From the NCBI GenBank assembly GCA_009914755.4, contig CP068257.2, positions 35,488,001 to 35,552,000 of the forward strand: a stretch of 64,000 nt of DNA, read 5' to 3'. The notes beneath the pieces were generated by a model that was not told where the DNA came from, made no database searches, and saw nothing but the letters and a program-made list of their open reading frames with translations. Source of the DNA: the human T2T-CHM13v2.0 reference genome, Homo sapiens. How positions within the stretch are numbered: the stretch's first letter is position 1; every line of letters begins with the position of its first letter. This document shows, one piece after another, positions 19,356 to 32,919 of the stretch. The position numbers were made by a program, and so were the translations under genes.

Positions 19356-19996
19356 GCTGGATCTGAAGCTAAGGGTCTGTAAACACTCACCTCAGCCTGC
19401 CTTAGCAGCCCTTTTCCAGCCTTCCACCCTTTTTGAGGTCTTGAAATCACACAGGTTTACTTAGTGCTTCCGAAATGAACTCTACTCTTGGGTTCAGGCC
19501 ATTCTGTCCAAATCGTACTTCTTTCTCAAAACCAAACACAAATGCTGTATCCTCACTAACATTTTTCTTAACCACTCCAGCTTAAGTGATTTTTCCCTTT
19601 TGTGAGTTGTGAGAGATATTACTGACTATGCAATTTATATGTCAATAACAACACAGTATTTTCTTTTCTTCATAAGGATGGTTGTTGTTTAACTACTGAA
19701 GTGATGTGTCTTTTCACCCCATCTGATTGTAAACTGAGAACGGGAGTTATCTCCTGTATCTCTCTGTATCTATGGTAGACCTAAATCATAATAATGATCG
19801 CTATTATAATTGATCTTTAATAATTGATTATATTTAATAATTTATTATATATAGAAAAATATCATCAGTAGCTTCTTTTTTGGCTTACCCTTTTGTAGTT
19901 ACACTCACATACCACATTGCTGCTTCTGTTTTCTTACTCCAATTTATATTTTAAAAATAGTTTTACTCTCAGGCTTGTAGATTTTTATGTACAGAT
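19356..19996 (+). repeat. Copy A of a roughly 640-bp intra-intronic direct duplication (partner at 22551..23178)
   Basis: Shared sequence gctggatctgaagctaagggtctgtaaacactcacctcagcctgccttagcagc ... cttgtagatttttatgtacagat. The two copies align at about 95% identity by eye. Confidence 0.85.
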
Positions 19997-20284
19997 GTGA
20001 TAGTGTTAATTCAAACATTATTGAACAATTGTCATGTCAGACATCGTGCTAGGCAATAGAAATAGAATTGTCATTCAAGAATTTGTCGTTGCATATCATG
20101 ATCCTTATCATTAGTTATCATTTTGTTTGCTTGTTTATACATTTAGGCTTAATAACCAGCTGCATATTTTAGCTGCTAGGGTGAATTCTATCCTATTCTA
20201 TTCTAAATTCTTTTATATAGCTATTGAATTCTTCATGGCTGGGTTGTTTTTTTTTTTTTTAAGTCTCACTAATTTCATTGGCAG

Positions 20285-20348
20285 GTGGCGGATGAGGCGT
20301 TGAAGGTAGATGATTGTGACTGTCATCCTGAATTTTCACCACCATCAA
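20285..20348 (+). CDS. TTC3: Coding exon; peptide VADEALKVDDCDCHPEFSPPS(S)
   Basis: Acceptor cattggcAG at 20283-20284 and donor GTGAGT at 20349. It matches ORF 20285..20491. Confidence 0.85.
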
Positions 20349-20829
20349 GTGAGTATTGTTTTTATATCAATTGTTGCCAAGTTAATATAATGTCTCCTAA
20401 ATTTGGATGCCCTACAATGTGCACAAGCCTTGCTTATATCCACTCTTGTTCTCCTTTACTTTATAATGCTTCTATGTTAAGAAAATATTGAATATTTATT
20501 TGAAATCAATGCTCAGTCTTTTTGTATTATTTAGTGAATGTAATTTTGGAAATTCAAATAAAAGGAAAGGAAAAGATGAAGTACATAGCTCTTTTTGGTC
20601 TGCTTCTTAATTTTTTTTAGGCTGTTGTTTCTCATTATTGAAAGTTTATTATTGCCTCCCTTCCTCCCACCTGCTAGGAGCCTGTTTAGACCTTTTTAAA
20701 TCTAATTGTTCTCCCTCATAAAATTTTAATAGCTGTTTATGTACCATATGTGCATCTGCGCTTTATGTATAAAAGGAATTGATTTTGTCTCCCAATAACT
20801 AATTTTCACCCTATTGGGGGTGATATCAC

Positions 20830-21525
<696 letters not shown>

Positions 21526-22550
21526 GCTAAGTCTCATTTGTTTTAAGTTGTGTGTGCTCAGTGCATGTATTTATTTACATATCTAGTAAACACAGACACC
21601 GCAGAACCTCATTACTTGGCATCATTTGGAGATGAAGGTTCTGGAGAAGTGAATATTTTTGTGCTTCATTTATTTCTGAATCTTAATAACACCAGAGTTT
21701 GATGAAAATCCTCTAAAGTATATTACATGCTTCCCTGCCTTTTAACACGGAATTTAGGAAAATACAGGTTTTCTTGATGGCTTAAGGTTGTGGTCACACA
21801 TAACAGTGACTGACCTCAAGCCTGGTGGTGTTCCTCCCAGGATTCTTCAGGTGAGATTGTTGATTTTTTAGTTAGTGATCCTCTCTTTTCCCTTGTCTTG
21901 TTTGTTGGGTGGTTGGTTTTTCTTTCCATAGTTTTGCTTCTAGCAGCCATTTCTATTTTTTGTGACCTGCAGCTCCATGTTCGCTCAGGCTCAGTTAGTT
22001 CCATAGATACAGCTACTTAGTATTGAGCATTTCCATTTGGTTAGCACATTAGCGTAATGATAGGGAGGGGAAACTCAGGCAGTTGTCCTACCTGATGCAG
22101 TTCCAACAGCATATAAAACATCTTTGAGGATAAAACTTTTTTTTGGAAGATAGCTTTTAATTTCTTCATATTTCTCAGGCCATTACTATCATTTAATTAA
22201 ATAAATTCTGTCCACCCTTCAGCATTTACATACAGGGGAAGAAATTGAGGTTCCAGGATTAAGGTTAAGTAGTTTTGTCCAAGGTCACAGAATGGAAATC
22301 AAACTAGAATTCTTCTACCTTTCCAAAAGCTGCTTTTGTTTTCTGAGGCCACCAAAGCCCAGGCTCTCATTCCCTCCTTATTACATTGGCTCTGACTTGT
22401 GTCTGTGCCCTCCCCTTAAACCTTCATCAGATGCACCCTGCTCCTCCTGCCATACCAGTTCTTCTACACAGCTCTGAGCATGGCTCTCCCTGCCCAAAAA
22501 TATGCAGTGGTTTCCTACTCCTGCCAGCAGAATAAATCTGGGCTCACAGA

Positions 22551-23178
22551 GCTGGATCTGAAGCTAAGGGTCTGTAAACACTCACCTCAGCCTGCCTTAG
22601 CAGCCCTTTTCCAGCCTTCCACCCTTTTTGAGGTCTTGAAATCACACAGGTTTACTTAGTGCTTCTGAAATGAACTCTCTACTCTTGAGTTCAGGCCATT
22701 CTATCCAAATCGTACTTCTTCCTCAAAACCGAACACAAATGCCATATCCTCACTAACATTTTTCTCAGCCACTCCAGCTTAGGTGATTTTTCCCTTTTGT
22801 GAGTTGTGAGAGATATTACTGACTATGCAATTTATATGTCAATAACAACACAGTATTTTCTTTTCTTCATAAGGATGATTGTTGTTTAACTACTGAAGTG
22901 ATGTGTCTTTTCACCCCATCTGATTATAAACTGAGAACAGGAGTTATCTCCTGTATCTCTCTGTATCTGTGGTAGACCTAAATCATAATGATCACTATTA
23001 TAATTGATCTTTAATAATTTAATTTATTATATATAGAAAAATATCATCAGTAGCTTCTTTTTTGGCTTACCCTTTTGTAGTTACACCCACGTACCACATT
23101 TCTGCTTCTGTTTTCTTACTCCAATTTATATTTTAAAAATAGTTTTACTCTCAGGCTTGTAGATTTTTATGTACAGAT
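22551..23178 (+). repeat. Copy B of the direct duplication; it ends about 29 bp upstream of exon 23208..23268
   Basis: Same sequence as 19356..19996 with scattered substitutions and small indels. Confidence 0.85.
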
Positions 23179-23207
23179 TTTAGGAACAAATACTTTTGTG
23201 TTCACAG

Positions 23208-23268
23208 GTCAGCCTCCAAAACATAAAGGAAAACAAAAATCTCGAAACAATGAATCAGAAAAGTTCAG
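23208..23268 (+). CDS. TTC3: Coding exon; peptide (S)QPPKHKGKQKSRNNESEKF(S)
   Basis: Acceptor gttcacAG at 23206-23207 and donor GTATGT at 23269. The phase is consistent with exons 20285..20348 and 26887..26971. Confidence 0.8.
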
Positions 23269-23836
23269 GTATGTTTTTTCTCTAAGGTATGTTTTTTTCC
23301 CCTTAATATACTCTTCCCAAGAAAAAGGAAAAAAAATTGTTTTTCGAGTATTAGCTACTTTAATGTATGTATTATGATGACTACCAAAATCCCTTTCAAA
23401 TATCAAAAGCATATCTTTAGGAAAGGATAATTTTTGGCTAAAGGATTATTAATCCTGGATATTAATATATTGACTTCTGAAAGTCACATAATATGAAATA
23501 TTTCCATATTAATTTCTTAAATCCCAGAATATGTACTCTAAAAGGAAAAAGCATTAAGAGAGATATAAGGTGCACATGAAGCCTCCTTCCCTGCTCACCT
23601 CATTTGACCCTCCTGCAGTCCCTTCTCTAAGGCCTCCTCCAGGAATACACTGTTAACAGTTTCATGACTATTGGGAAACTTACTCTGCATACGCAGACAT
23701 GGGTATGCATATTTCAGATGCCCTTTTGAGTAATTATTGTTAGAGGAAAATCTTTCCTAATGAATTCTGACTACTTCTAAAATGAATTCTATCAAACATC
23801 CCCATGAAAATTAACAGTAATTAATTGCCTCCTATC

Positions 23837-24141
23837 TTTTTTTTTGTTTTTTTGAGATAGGGTCTTGCTCTATCACTTAGGCTGCGGTGCAGTGGTGTAA
23901 CCCTAGCTCACTGCAGGCTTGAACTCCTAGACTCTAGTGATTCTTTTTGCCTCAGCTCCCAAGTAGCCAGGACTACTACTGCTACTATGGTGCACGTCAC
24001 CATGACTGGATAACTAAAACTAAATGTTTTTTAGAGACAGGGTCTTGCTCTGTTGCCCAGGCTGGTCTTGAACTCCTGGCCTCAAGTGATCCTTCTGCCT
24101 TGGCCTCCCAGAGTGCTGGGATTGCAGGCGTGTGCCTGGCC
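23837..24141 (-). mobile_element. Alu (antisense, AluJ/S-like)
   Basis: tttttgtttttttgagatagggtcttgctctatcacttaggctgcggtgcagtgg ... gcctcccagagtgctgggattgcaggcgtgtgcctggcc. Confidence 0.85.
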
Positions 24142-26518
24142 TTGCCTCCTGTCTTTATTGTTAACACCCCATTGACAACAAGATATAAATTGATTACAAT
24201 GTGAAATTGTAAATCTTTTAATACAGAAGTTTATGAAGTGAATTAAAGTGATGTTGGAGAAACAGCAAAGCCATGTCTGCCACAATACACTGGTTTTCAA
24301 TTTCTTCTCCATTTCTTAATCTGAATCCATGATAGATGCTTCAGGGGGAATGATTTGAATATCAAAACACTAAAAAAAAATCAGTGAAGTCTCATTTCTT
24401 TTCAAAAATGACCATTTTTGGATGCTGCTACAAAAATTAAATACAAAGCAAGGATATAGCATATTATTATGTTTTTCTATTATTTGATAGAAAAATCATG
24501 AGTCTTCTTCCCTGCCCTCCCCTGTACCCCTAAAGAAACCAGATATTAATATATGATAATTTTTTAAATGCAGAGTTGTAATTTTAACCTGTTTTATTTA
24601 AAAAAAATTTATTTTTCTGATATTTTGTTTCACTTTTCCAACTGAACACTCCTTTATTAGGTAATATCTACCATATGGGACTATTTCTTCATTAAATGGG
24701 ATAACCACGTAAAACACTTAGAGCCCTGGAACATAGTAAATCTTCAGTGTACTTTAGTCGTCATTACTGTTACCACCATCATTTTCATTATTATTAGAAT
24801 GACTCTGGCCTACAGCTTGCTTTTTGTCTTTTACAAAATATCTTGTGTTTCTTCCCATGTTCAGAACACAGAGCTCTTCCATTCTTCATTTGCTGTACAG
24901 TATTTTGTAATATGGCTGTATCCCCCATTTTTGTGCATTTAGGCTCTTCATTCCTCTTTTCCTCCCTCACTTTCTATCCCTCTATCCATCTCTCTCTTTT
25001 TCTTCTTCCTTTGAGAGGGATAGATCAGACAGTACTTCAAACATCCTTGCACATACACCTTTGTGCACCTGTTCATGTATATTTACAATAAATACTTTGT
25101 AAATAATGTATAGAAGTTGTTTCTGTAGTGGGATTGCTGTATCAAAGGGGATATGTAATTTTATCTTTGACAGATATTGTGAAATGGTTCTCTTAGAAAA
25201 TAGGCACTGTTCACACTCCGACTAATCTACAGGAGGGTGTGGTATAATAAAAATATATATATATTTGGTATTTGTCCCAGTTCCTGGTACAGAGCTCCCA
25301 AAACCCATGGCATTTCCTGAATGATAGGAGTGTATTTTGTTACTCATCATGAGCCCCTTTCCATGTACTTGAGTTTATGCTAATGAGGTGACTCAAGGTA
25401 GTGCCTCAGATAGTTCAGGAGGAGGTCTCGTCACTGGAAAGACCAAACACCTGATTAGAGGGTTAAGACTTTCAGCCTCATACCTGACCTCCAAGGAGAG
25501 GAGGGGGGCTGGAAATTGAGGTTAGGCACCAATGGCCAGTGGTTGATTTAATTGTACCTACATACCTACATAATGAAACCTTAGTAAAGTCCTTAAAAGA
25601 GGGCATGGGGAGCTTCTGGGCTGACGAACACATTGATGTGCTGAGAAAGTGGCATGCCCAAGGGGATCATGAAGCTCCTCGCGCCCCCCAACCTTCCTAT
25701 GCATCTCTTCCTCTTGGCTGTTTTTGAGTTGTATCCTTTATAATAAATTGGTAATAGTAAGCACTTCCTTGAGTTCCATTGTTTTTCTAGTGAGCCTGAA
25801 GAGGGACTCATGGGAACCCTCTTGTAGTCAGCAGGGCAGGAGTGTGGGTGACCTGTGCACCCCACTTGCAGCTGAAGTGAGGGCAGTCTGGTGGGACTGA
25901 TTCTTTACCCTGTGAGGTCTGCGCTAACTCTGGGAGTTAGTATCAGAACTGAATTGCATTATTGCACACTCATTTTGTGTTGGACAGTTGAATTGATACG
26001 GAAAAATGACAATATTTGGTATTGGAGAAAATCTACACATTGGATGTCAGAAGTACTTTCAGAAAACTCCACATCGAGTGCCTCAGATTTTCTTACTCTC
26101 ACCAACTTAGGGAGTCAGACTTTCTGAAATGCTTGTATCTTATTATTAGATTTTCCCATCACATTGAACATCTTTGCACTGTTTATTGGGCACATTTATT
26201 GTTTTAGGCCCATGTTGTTACTAGTGACTACAGATCAAGGCAAATACCCCTTAATTTTTCTCTTTTTTCAAAAGCTGTTTTTCCATATCATCTTTATAAT
26301 CAATTCATCTGGTTTCCCTCCACCTCTGATTTTATAGGAATGTTTATTGAGATTGCATTGGATTTAGAGATTTCTAATAGAAATATTGCCAAAATGCCAA
26401 TTCCCCCCAAAGAATGGCCAACTTGTATGGCTCACCATTTACTCACTATTTTACATGGCCTTCAGTAAATATATTTTTTTCTTCTATCTGTCACATTGGA
26501 GGGATGAGAGCGAACTAA

Positions 26519-26833
<315 letters not shown>

Positions 26834-26886
26834 TGAGTAGAACTTTTATTTTAAAATGATTTTTAAAAATGCTTTTTTTCTTTTAG

Positions 26887-26971
26887 TTCTAGTTCACCAT
26901 TGACTTTACCAGCAGATTTGAAGAACATCTTGGAGAAACAGTTTTCTAAATCTTCCAGAGCTGCACACCAG
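26887..26971 (+). CDS. TTC3: Coding exon; peptide (S)SSSPLTLPADLKNILEKQFSKSSRAAHQ; a second in-frame AG lies 6 nt downstream
   Basis: Polypyrimidine tract then ttttAG at 26885-26886. An alternative ttctAG sits at 26891-26892, so the exon start could be 26893. Donor GTAATG at 26972. Confidence 0.75.
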
Positions 26972-27099
26972 GTAATGGAGAAGCTTTTCCAATGGAAAAA
27001 GCAAAACTCTTTGAACAAAACATTGTTCACATGAATAAGGTTCTAATCATGTACATCTCTAAGTTTTTTTTATATAATTATTGTATTATATTGTAGTTT

Positions 27100-27207
27100 T
27101 GTAGAGATGGGGTCTCACTGTGTTGTCCAGGTTGGTTTCAAACTCCTGGCCTCAAGCAATCCTCTTAAAGTGTTGGGATTACAGGTGTGAGCTATTGCAC
27201 TCAGCTA
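27100..27207 (-). mobile_element. Alu fragment (antisense, partial)
   Basis: gtagagatggggtctcactgtgttgtccaggttggtttcaaactcctggcctcaagcaatcctcttaaagtgttgggattacaggtgtgagc. Confidence 0.7.
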
Positions 27208-27969
27208 TTATAGACATATCATTTAATATATATGACTGCTAAGAATCCAATCTATCACTAATTTAAATATTAACTTGATAATTACGTTAGCTAGAGGTTT
27301 AACTAATGATTAGCACTGTGGAATTATTTGCTTCTCAAAGAGTTAACAGTAGTATTAACTTTAAATATTTTTAAAAGATTTAAACACAGTTTCATTATAC
27401 TTATTCTAAAATCATTAGAGGGCAAACTTTTATTCTTTAAATGATTTAACTTAATCAGATAATGTTGTATATAAAATTCTTTTTACGTTACTTCATGATG
27501 GAAAATATACATTAACATGGAATAGAATACTCATTTCAAAACATGTGGATCTTTTTTTAGGTATACATAACAGATATTTTACAAAGAACTAAAATAGATT
27601 CCTAATCATTTGCTTAAAAACATTTTTGAGAATTTCTTAAAGTTGGAGATTTTAAATTATATCTTTTTACATTGATTTTTACTGACTCTAAACACCATGA
27701 AATACTTAAATAGATGACAGCCTGTGAAGATGAAAAGACTATTTAAATAAATATGATCGCTGTTTTTGAGCCTCTGTTTGTTCATTCAACACAGTTTGAT
27801 TGAGGCTCTCTCCATATGCTGGGGAGTGAGAGAGATTGGGTGCACAGTGATATGATTTCGGCCTGCTCTGCTGGAGCTTTCAGGACAGATCATTTATGTC
27901 GTATTGAGGGAAGTGACTTCCAATGAAAGCATGAGGCTGTATGGATCTGATTTCTAGACTGATAAAGAA

Positions 27970-28075
27970 AGCTGGGCATGGTGGCACGTGTCTGTAGTCC
28001 CAGCTCCTCAGGAGGCTGAGGTGAGAGGATTAACCACTGCACTCCAGCCTGGGCAACATAGGAAGGCCCTGTCTT
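27970..28075 (+). mobile_element. Alu fragment (right arm, partial)
   Basis: gctgggcatggtggcacgtgtctgtagtcccagctcctcaggaggctgaggtgagagga ... ccactgcactccagcctgggcaacatag. Confidence 0.7.
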
Positions 28076-28374
28076 ATTTATTTATTATTTTCTTTTGTTT
28101 TCTTTTTTAAGCCTCTCACTAGTTTGGGAGCCCTGTCTCTTTTAAAGAAGAAAGAAAAAGAATGAGAACAAGATTAAAATTGAATGAGTTTATGCAAGGC
28201 TAATAACTAGTATTTGTAGGGCTAGTATATCATCATTTATAACTTCAAGTTCATATCTTAAAACAAGTATGGCTGTCATCGAGCTTTTAAGTTTTTCTGA
28301 AAGCTGCTCTTTTCTATGCATATTCTGGGGAGCGTTCTGCCAAACTTTGATTCATTGGTTCAAAAGCCAGCAGA

Positions 28375-28665
28375 GGCCGGGTGCAGGGTCTCACACCTGT
28401 AATCCCAGCATTTTGGGAGGCCGAGGCAGGCGGATCACAAGGTCAAGAGATTGAAACCATCCTGGCCATCATGGCGAAACCCCATCTCTACTAAAAATAC
28501 AAAAAATTAGCTGGGTGTGGTGGCGTGCACCTGTAGTCCTAGCTACCCAGGAGGCTGAAGCAGGAGAATCGCTTGAACCCCGAGGTGGAGGTTGCAGTGA
28601 GCCGAGATCTGCCACTGCACTCCAGCCTGGACGACAGAGCAAGACTCCATCTCAAAAAAAAAAAG
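28375..28665 (+). mobile_element. Alu (AluY-like); TSD about aaagccagcaga
   Basis: ggccgggtgcagggtctcacacctgtaatcccagcattttgggaggccgaggcaggcggatcacaaggtcaagagattgaaaccatcctggcc ... A-tail. Flanking copies aaagccagcaga on both sides. Confidence 0.9.
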
Positions 28666-29584
28666 CCAGCAGAAGGCTTTTGTTAATGGGTAACCAAACT
28701 GCTTTTTCCTCTGTGATTTGTGCAGTGGGGCCTCCTTTTGGATCTTCATTGTTAGGAATGGTGAGGAATACAACATACATATTTGCATTTGCGGCCCCTT
28801 TGAATGGCGCACACGTGTATAGCAAGGAGTGAGGAGATTTTAGGCTTAATGTCTAGCCTTGCCTCTCCAATCTTTGTGGAACTTTGGTGACTTACAGCTA
28901 TTCCCATGTCACTAAAATATGAATTCAAATTATAATGCGTATTCAAATTACAAAGTTTTTCTCACTTTAAGGGCACATGATAGCAATTTTGTTTTTATTT
29001 TTTATTCCTTATGTTATTCCTTTTGCATTTAACCTATTGTTATCTCTCCCAGTAATTTTATCTACTTATATTCAAATATATGTTAGGCAGGAGTACAGTT
29101 AACAATTACAGTATTTATTTCTTGCTTAGAATTAAGGTTTGTTTCAGAGCAGGATGGCAGTTGTTAAAATCTGGTAGTGATCAGAATATTGATTGTATGT
29201 TCTTAAGTGTCTAATTGTTCTACTCCCAAACAACTTACTTATTTAAATGATGGCTGTTGTTTTTCATATATATTGTTAAAACTTAAAAATACTGTCTGTT
29301 TAGTCTGGAGAGCAAGTGAGGCTTAGTACCATGTAGTGTAAAATGAGCCACCTTTGTCACAGGCAACAGAAGAGGTGTTGCAATTAGGATGGTAAAGCAG
29401 TACCTTTTCATTTTCACTTTAAAAGTGTGGTGCTGAGAAAGGAATATGATGAATAAGGGTAGTTTGGGTATTGATGTAAACATTTTATCATTAGTTATAA
29501 AATATTACTATGAACTTGGCATCTTAGGTTTTAAATTAAAAATGTGTAGATTCAGGTTACTGAAATAGAATTTCTTTTTTCCAG

Positions 29585-29719
29585 GATTTTGCTAATATAA
29601 TGAAAATGCTGAGAAGCTTAATTCAAGATGGCTATATGGCCTTATTGGAGCAGCGTTGCCGCAGCGCTGCACAGGCCTTTACAGAGTTGCTGAACGGTTT
29701 AGATCCTCAAAAAATAAAG
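29585..29719 (+). CDS. TTC3: Coding exon; peptide DFANIMKMLRSLIQDGYMALLEQRCRSAAQAFTELLNGLDPQKIK
   Basis: Acceptor ttttttccAG at 29583-29584 and donor GTAAAT at 29720. It matches ORF 29600..29806. Confidence 0.85.
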
Positions 29720-30021
29720 GTAAATTTGCCATATCATAACTTGTTTATCAATGCTAATGCACCTCAGATGAATGCAGAAGAGAACCAAGGGCTTAACTCA
29801 TTGTAGTAATGTACCTAAGACCTTGCTGAGATTGGCTGAATCTACTTCAGGTTATGGGAAGCAGGTACTGCTCCAATTCAGACTTCATGAGTATGTTCAG
29901 TATGTGATCCATGTTTATATTCTCTCCTTGACTATAGTTTAGGGTCATTAGAACTGGCTTTTTCTCTGAATCAAGGTTTTCAACTATCTTTAGTCACACC
30001 TTTTCACCCAGGAAGAAAGTA

Positions 30022-32504
30022 CAGGCACACCTCGTTTCATTATGCTTTGCTTTATTGTACTTTGCAGACAATGCATTTGTTACAAATTGAAGATTTGTGG
30101 CAACCCTGTGTCAAGCAAGTCTGTTTTCTGAAAGCATGTGCTCACCTCATGTCTCTGTGTCACATTTTGGTAATTCTCACAATATGTCAAACTTTTTCAT
30201 TATCATTATCACTGTATCTGTGATCAGTGATCTTTGATGTTACTATTGTAATTATTTTGGGGCACTACAATCTGTGCCTATGTAAGAAAGGGAACTTAAT
30301 AAATTGTGTGTGTGTGTTCTGAGTGCTCTGCCAACCAGCTGTTATCTCCACCCCCTTCCTTAAGTCTCCCTGTTCCCTGAGACACGATATTGAAATTAGG
30401 CCAATTAATGACCCTACAATGGCCTCTAAGTATTCAAGTGAAAGGAAGAGTTGCACGTCTCTCACTTTAAATAAAAAACTAGAATGATTAAGCTTCGTGA
30501 GGAAGGTATGTTGAAAGCCAAGACAGGCAGAAAGCTAGTCCTCTTGTGCCAAATAGCCAAATTGTGAATGCAAAGAAACAGTTTTTGAAGGAAATTAAAA
30601 GTGCTACTTCAGTGAACACATGAATGACAAGAAAGTGAAACAACTTTCTTGCCGATGCAGAGAGTCTTAGTGGTCTGGGTAGAAGATCAAACCAGCCACA
30701 ACATTCTCTTAAGCCAGAGCCTAATCCAGAGCAAGACTCTAACTCTTCTATTCTGTGAAGGCTGAGAGAGGTGAGGAAGCTGCAGAAGAATAGTTTGAAA
30801 CTAGCAGAAGTTGGTTCATGAGATTTAAGGAAAGAAGCTATTTCCATAACATAAAAGTGCAAGGTGAAGCAGCAAGTGCTGATGGAGAAGCTGCAGTAAG
30901 TTATCGAGATCTAGTGAAGATCATTGATGAAGGTGGCTACGCTAAACAACAGATTGTCAATGGAGACTAAACAACCTTCTGTTGGAAGAAGATGCCATCT
31001 AGGACTTTCATAGCTAGAGAGAAGTCAGTGTCTGGTTTCAAAGCTTCAAAAAGGATGGGCTCATTACTCATTAGGGGCTGATGCAGCTGGTGACTTAAGT
31101 TGAAGCCAGTGCTCATTTATGTTCCAAAAATCCTCAGGCCCTTAAGAATTATGCTAATTCACTCTGCCTGGAGCCCTAGAAATGGAACAACAAAGCATGA
31201 ATGGCAGCACATCTGTTTACAGCATGGTTTACTAAGTACTTTAAGCCCACTGTTGAGACCTACTGCTAGAATAAAAGATTCTTTGCAAAATACTATTGCT
31301 CATTGACAATGCACCTGATTGCCCAGGAGATGTGGTGTACATGTACAAGGAGATGAATGTTGTTTTCATGCCTGGTAACACAATATCCATTCTGTAGCCT
31401 ATGGATCAAGGAGTCATTTTGACTTTCAAGTCTTATTATTTAAGAAACATATTTTATAAGGCTATAGCTGCCATAGTGATTCCTCTGTTGGATCTGGACA
31501 AAGTAAATTGAAAACCTTCTGGAAAGGATCACCACTCTAGATACCATAAAGAACATTCATGATGCATGTGAGAGATCAAAATATCAACATTTACAGGAGT
31601 TTGGAAGAAGTAAATTCCAGCCCTCATGGATGACTTTGAGGGGTTCAGGACATTAGTGGAGGAAGTCACTGCAGATGTGGTGGAACAAGCAAGAGAATTA
31701 GAAGTGGAGCCTGAAGATGTGACTGAATTGCTGCAACCTCAGGATAAAACTTGAAGGGATAAGGAGTTGCTTTTTATACATGAACAAAAAAAGTCATTTC
31801 TTGAAATGGAATCTACTCCTTGTGAAGATGCTGGAATATTGTTGAAATGAGAAACTTAGTTGATCAAGCAGTGGCAGGATTTGAGAGGATTCACTCCAAT
31901 TTTGAAAGAAGTTCTAGTGTGGGTAAAATACTGTCAAACAGCATCACACATTACAGAGAAACCTTTTCTGAAAGTAAGAGTCAATCAGTATGACAGACTT
32001 CATTGTCTTATTTTAAGAAATTGCCACAGCACCTTAATTTTCAGGAACTACCACCCTGAACAGTTAGCAGTCATCAATATCAAGGCAAGACCATCCACCA
32101 ACAAAAAGATTATGACTCACTAGAAATACCCAGTGTAGATGACGGTTGATGGGTGCAGCAAACCACTGTGGCACGTGTTATACCTGTGTAACAAACCTGC
32201 ACGTTCTTCTGCACATGTATCCCAGAACTTAAAGTATAATTTTAAAAAAAGTTTAAAAAAAGATTATGACTCAGTAAACCCTCAGATGATCATTAGCATT
32301 TGTAGCAATAAAGTCTTAAATTAAGGTGTGTACATTGTTTAATGGACGTAATGCTACTACACACTTAATAAACTACAGTATCGCTAAAACATAACTTTAA
32401 TATGCACTGGGAAACCCACAAGTTTGTGAGACTCACTTGATTGTGATATTTGCTTTATTGTGATGCTCCAGAGCCGAGCCCACAGTATCTCTGAGGTATG
32501 CCTA
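30022..32504 (+). mobile_element. Tigger1 (pogo/Tc1-mariner-like DNA transposon), near full length. Transposase-sense strand. TA target site on both sides
   Basis: 5' TIR caggcacacctcgtttcattatgctttgctttattg and 3' TIR gctttattgtgatgctccagagccgagcccacagtatctctgaggtatgcct. The internal ORF reads MIKLREEGMLKAKTGRKLVLLCQIAKL* and is broken by further stops (pogo/CENP-B-type transposase). Confidence 0.8.
32120..32255 (+). mobile_element. L1 3'-end fragment (about 135 bp) nested inside Tigger1; 17-bp TSD aaaaagattatgactca
   Basis: gtagatgacggttgatgggtgcagcaaaccactgtggcacgtgttatacctgtgtaacaaacctgcacg ... cccagaacttaaagtataatttt. TSD copies at 32103..32119 and 32257..32273. Confidence 0.85.
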
Positions 32505-32838
32505 TAATAGCTAAGTAAATGTCTTAATCTGTCACTAGTACTGCTTATATGCAAAATAATATGACTTTAATTATAAATTAATCTATTATGAATCATGCCT
32601 CAAGGAACTCTGAGACAGTGATTCTGTGTTTTAAATAGCAGGATAACTGCTTTATTGGAACAAAAATCTCTTTTCTAATTTGATTTGGCCAATCATATTG
32701 ATTAGTGAGATTTTATGACAATCATTGATTCGTAAGATTGATTAGTGAGATTCTATTACACTTCTTTTTCTGTTGTGACTGGATGCAAATTGGGCAGAAT
32801 TATATTCAGATTTTTAACTGAGGCATTTTTATTGACAG

Positions 32839-32919
32839 CAATTGAACCTGGCCATGATTAACTATGTTTTGGTCGTCTATGGACTTGCCATTTCTCTCCT
32901 TGGAATAGGACAGCCTGAG
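32839..32919 (+). CDS. TTC3: Coding exon; peptide QLNLAMINYVLVVYGLAISLLGIGQPE (hydrophobic segment)
   Basis: Acceptor ttattgacAG at 32837-32838 and donor GTAAGA at 32920. It is in frame with both neighbouring exons. Confidence 0.8.

Noticed and set aside
30488-30862. A minus-strand 124-aa ORF inside Tigger1
   Set aside because: It lies antisense to the decayed transposase and is interrupted by neighbouring stops. No recognisable domain. Most likely a chance ORF in a repeat.
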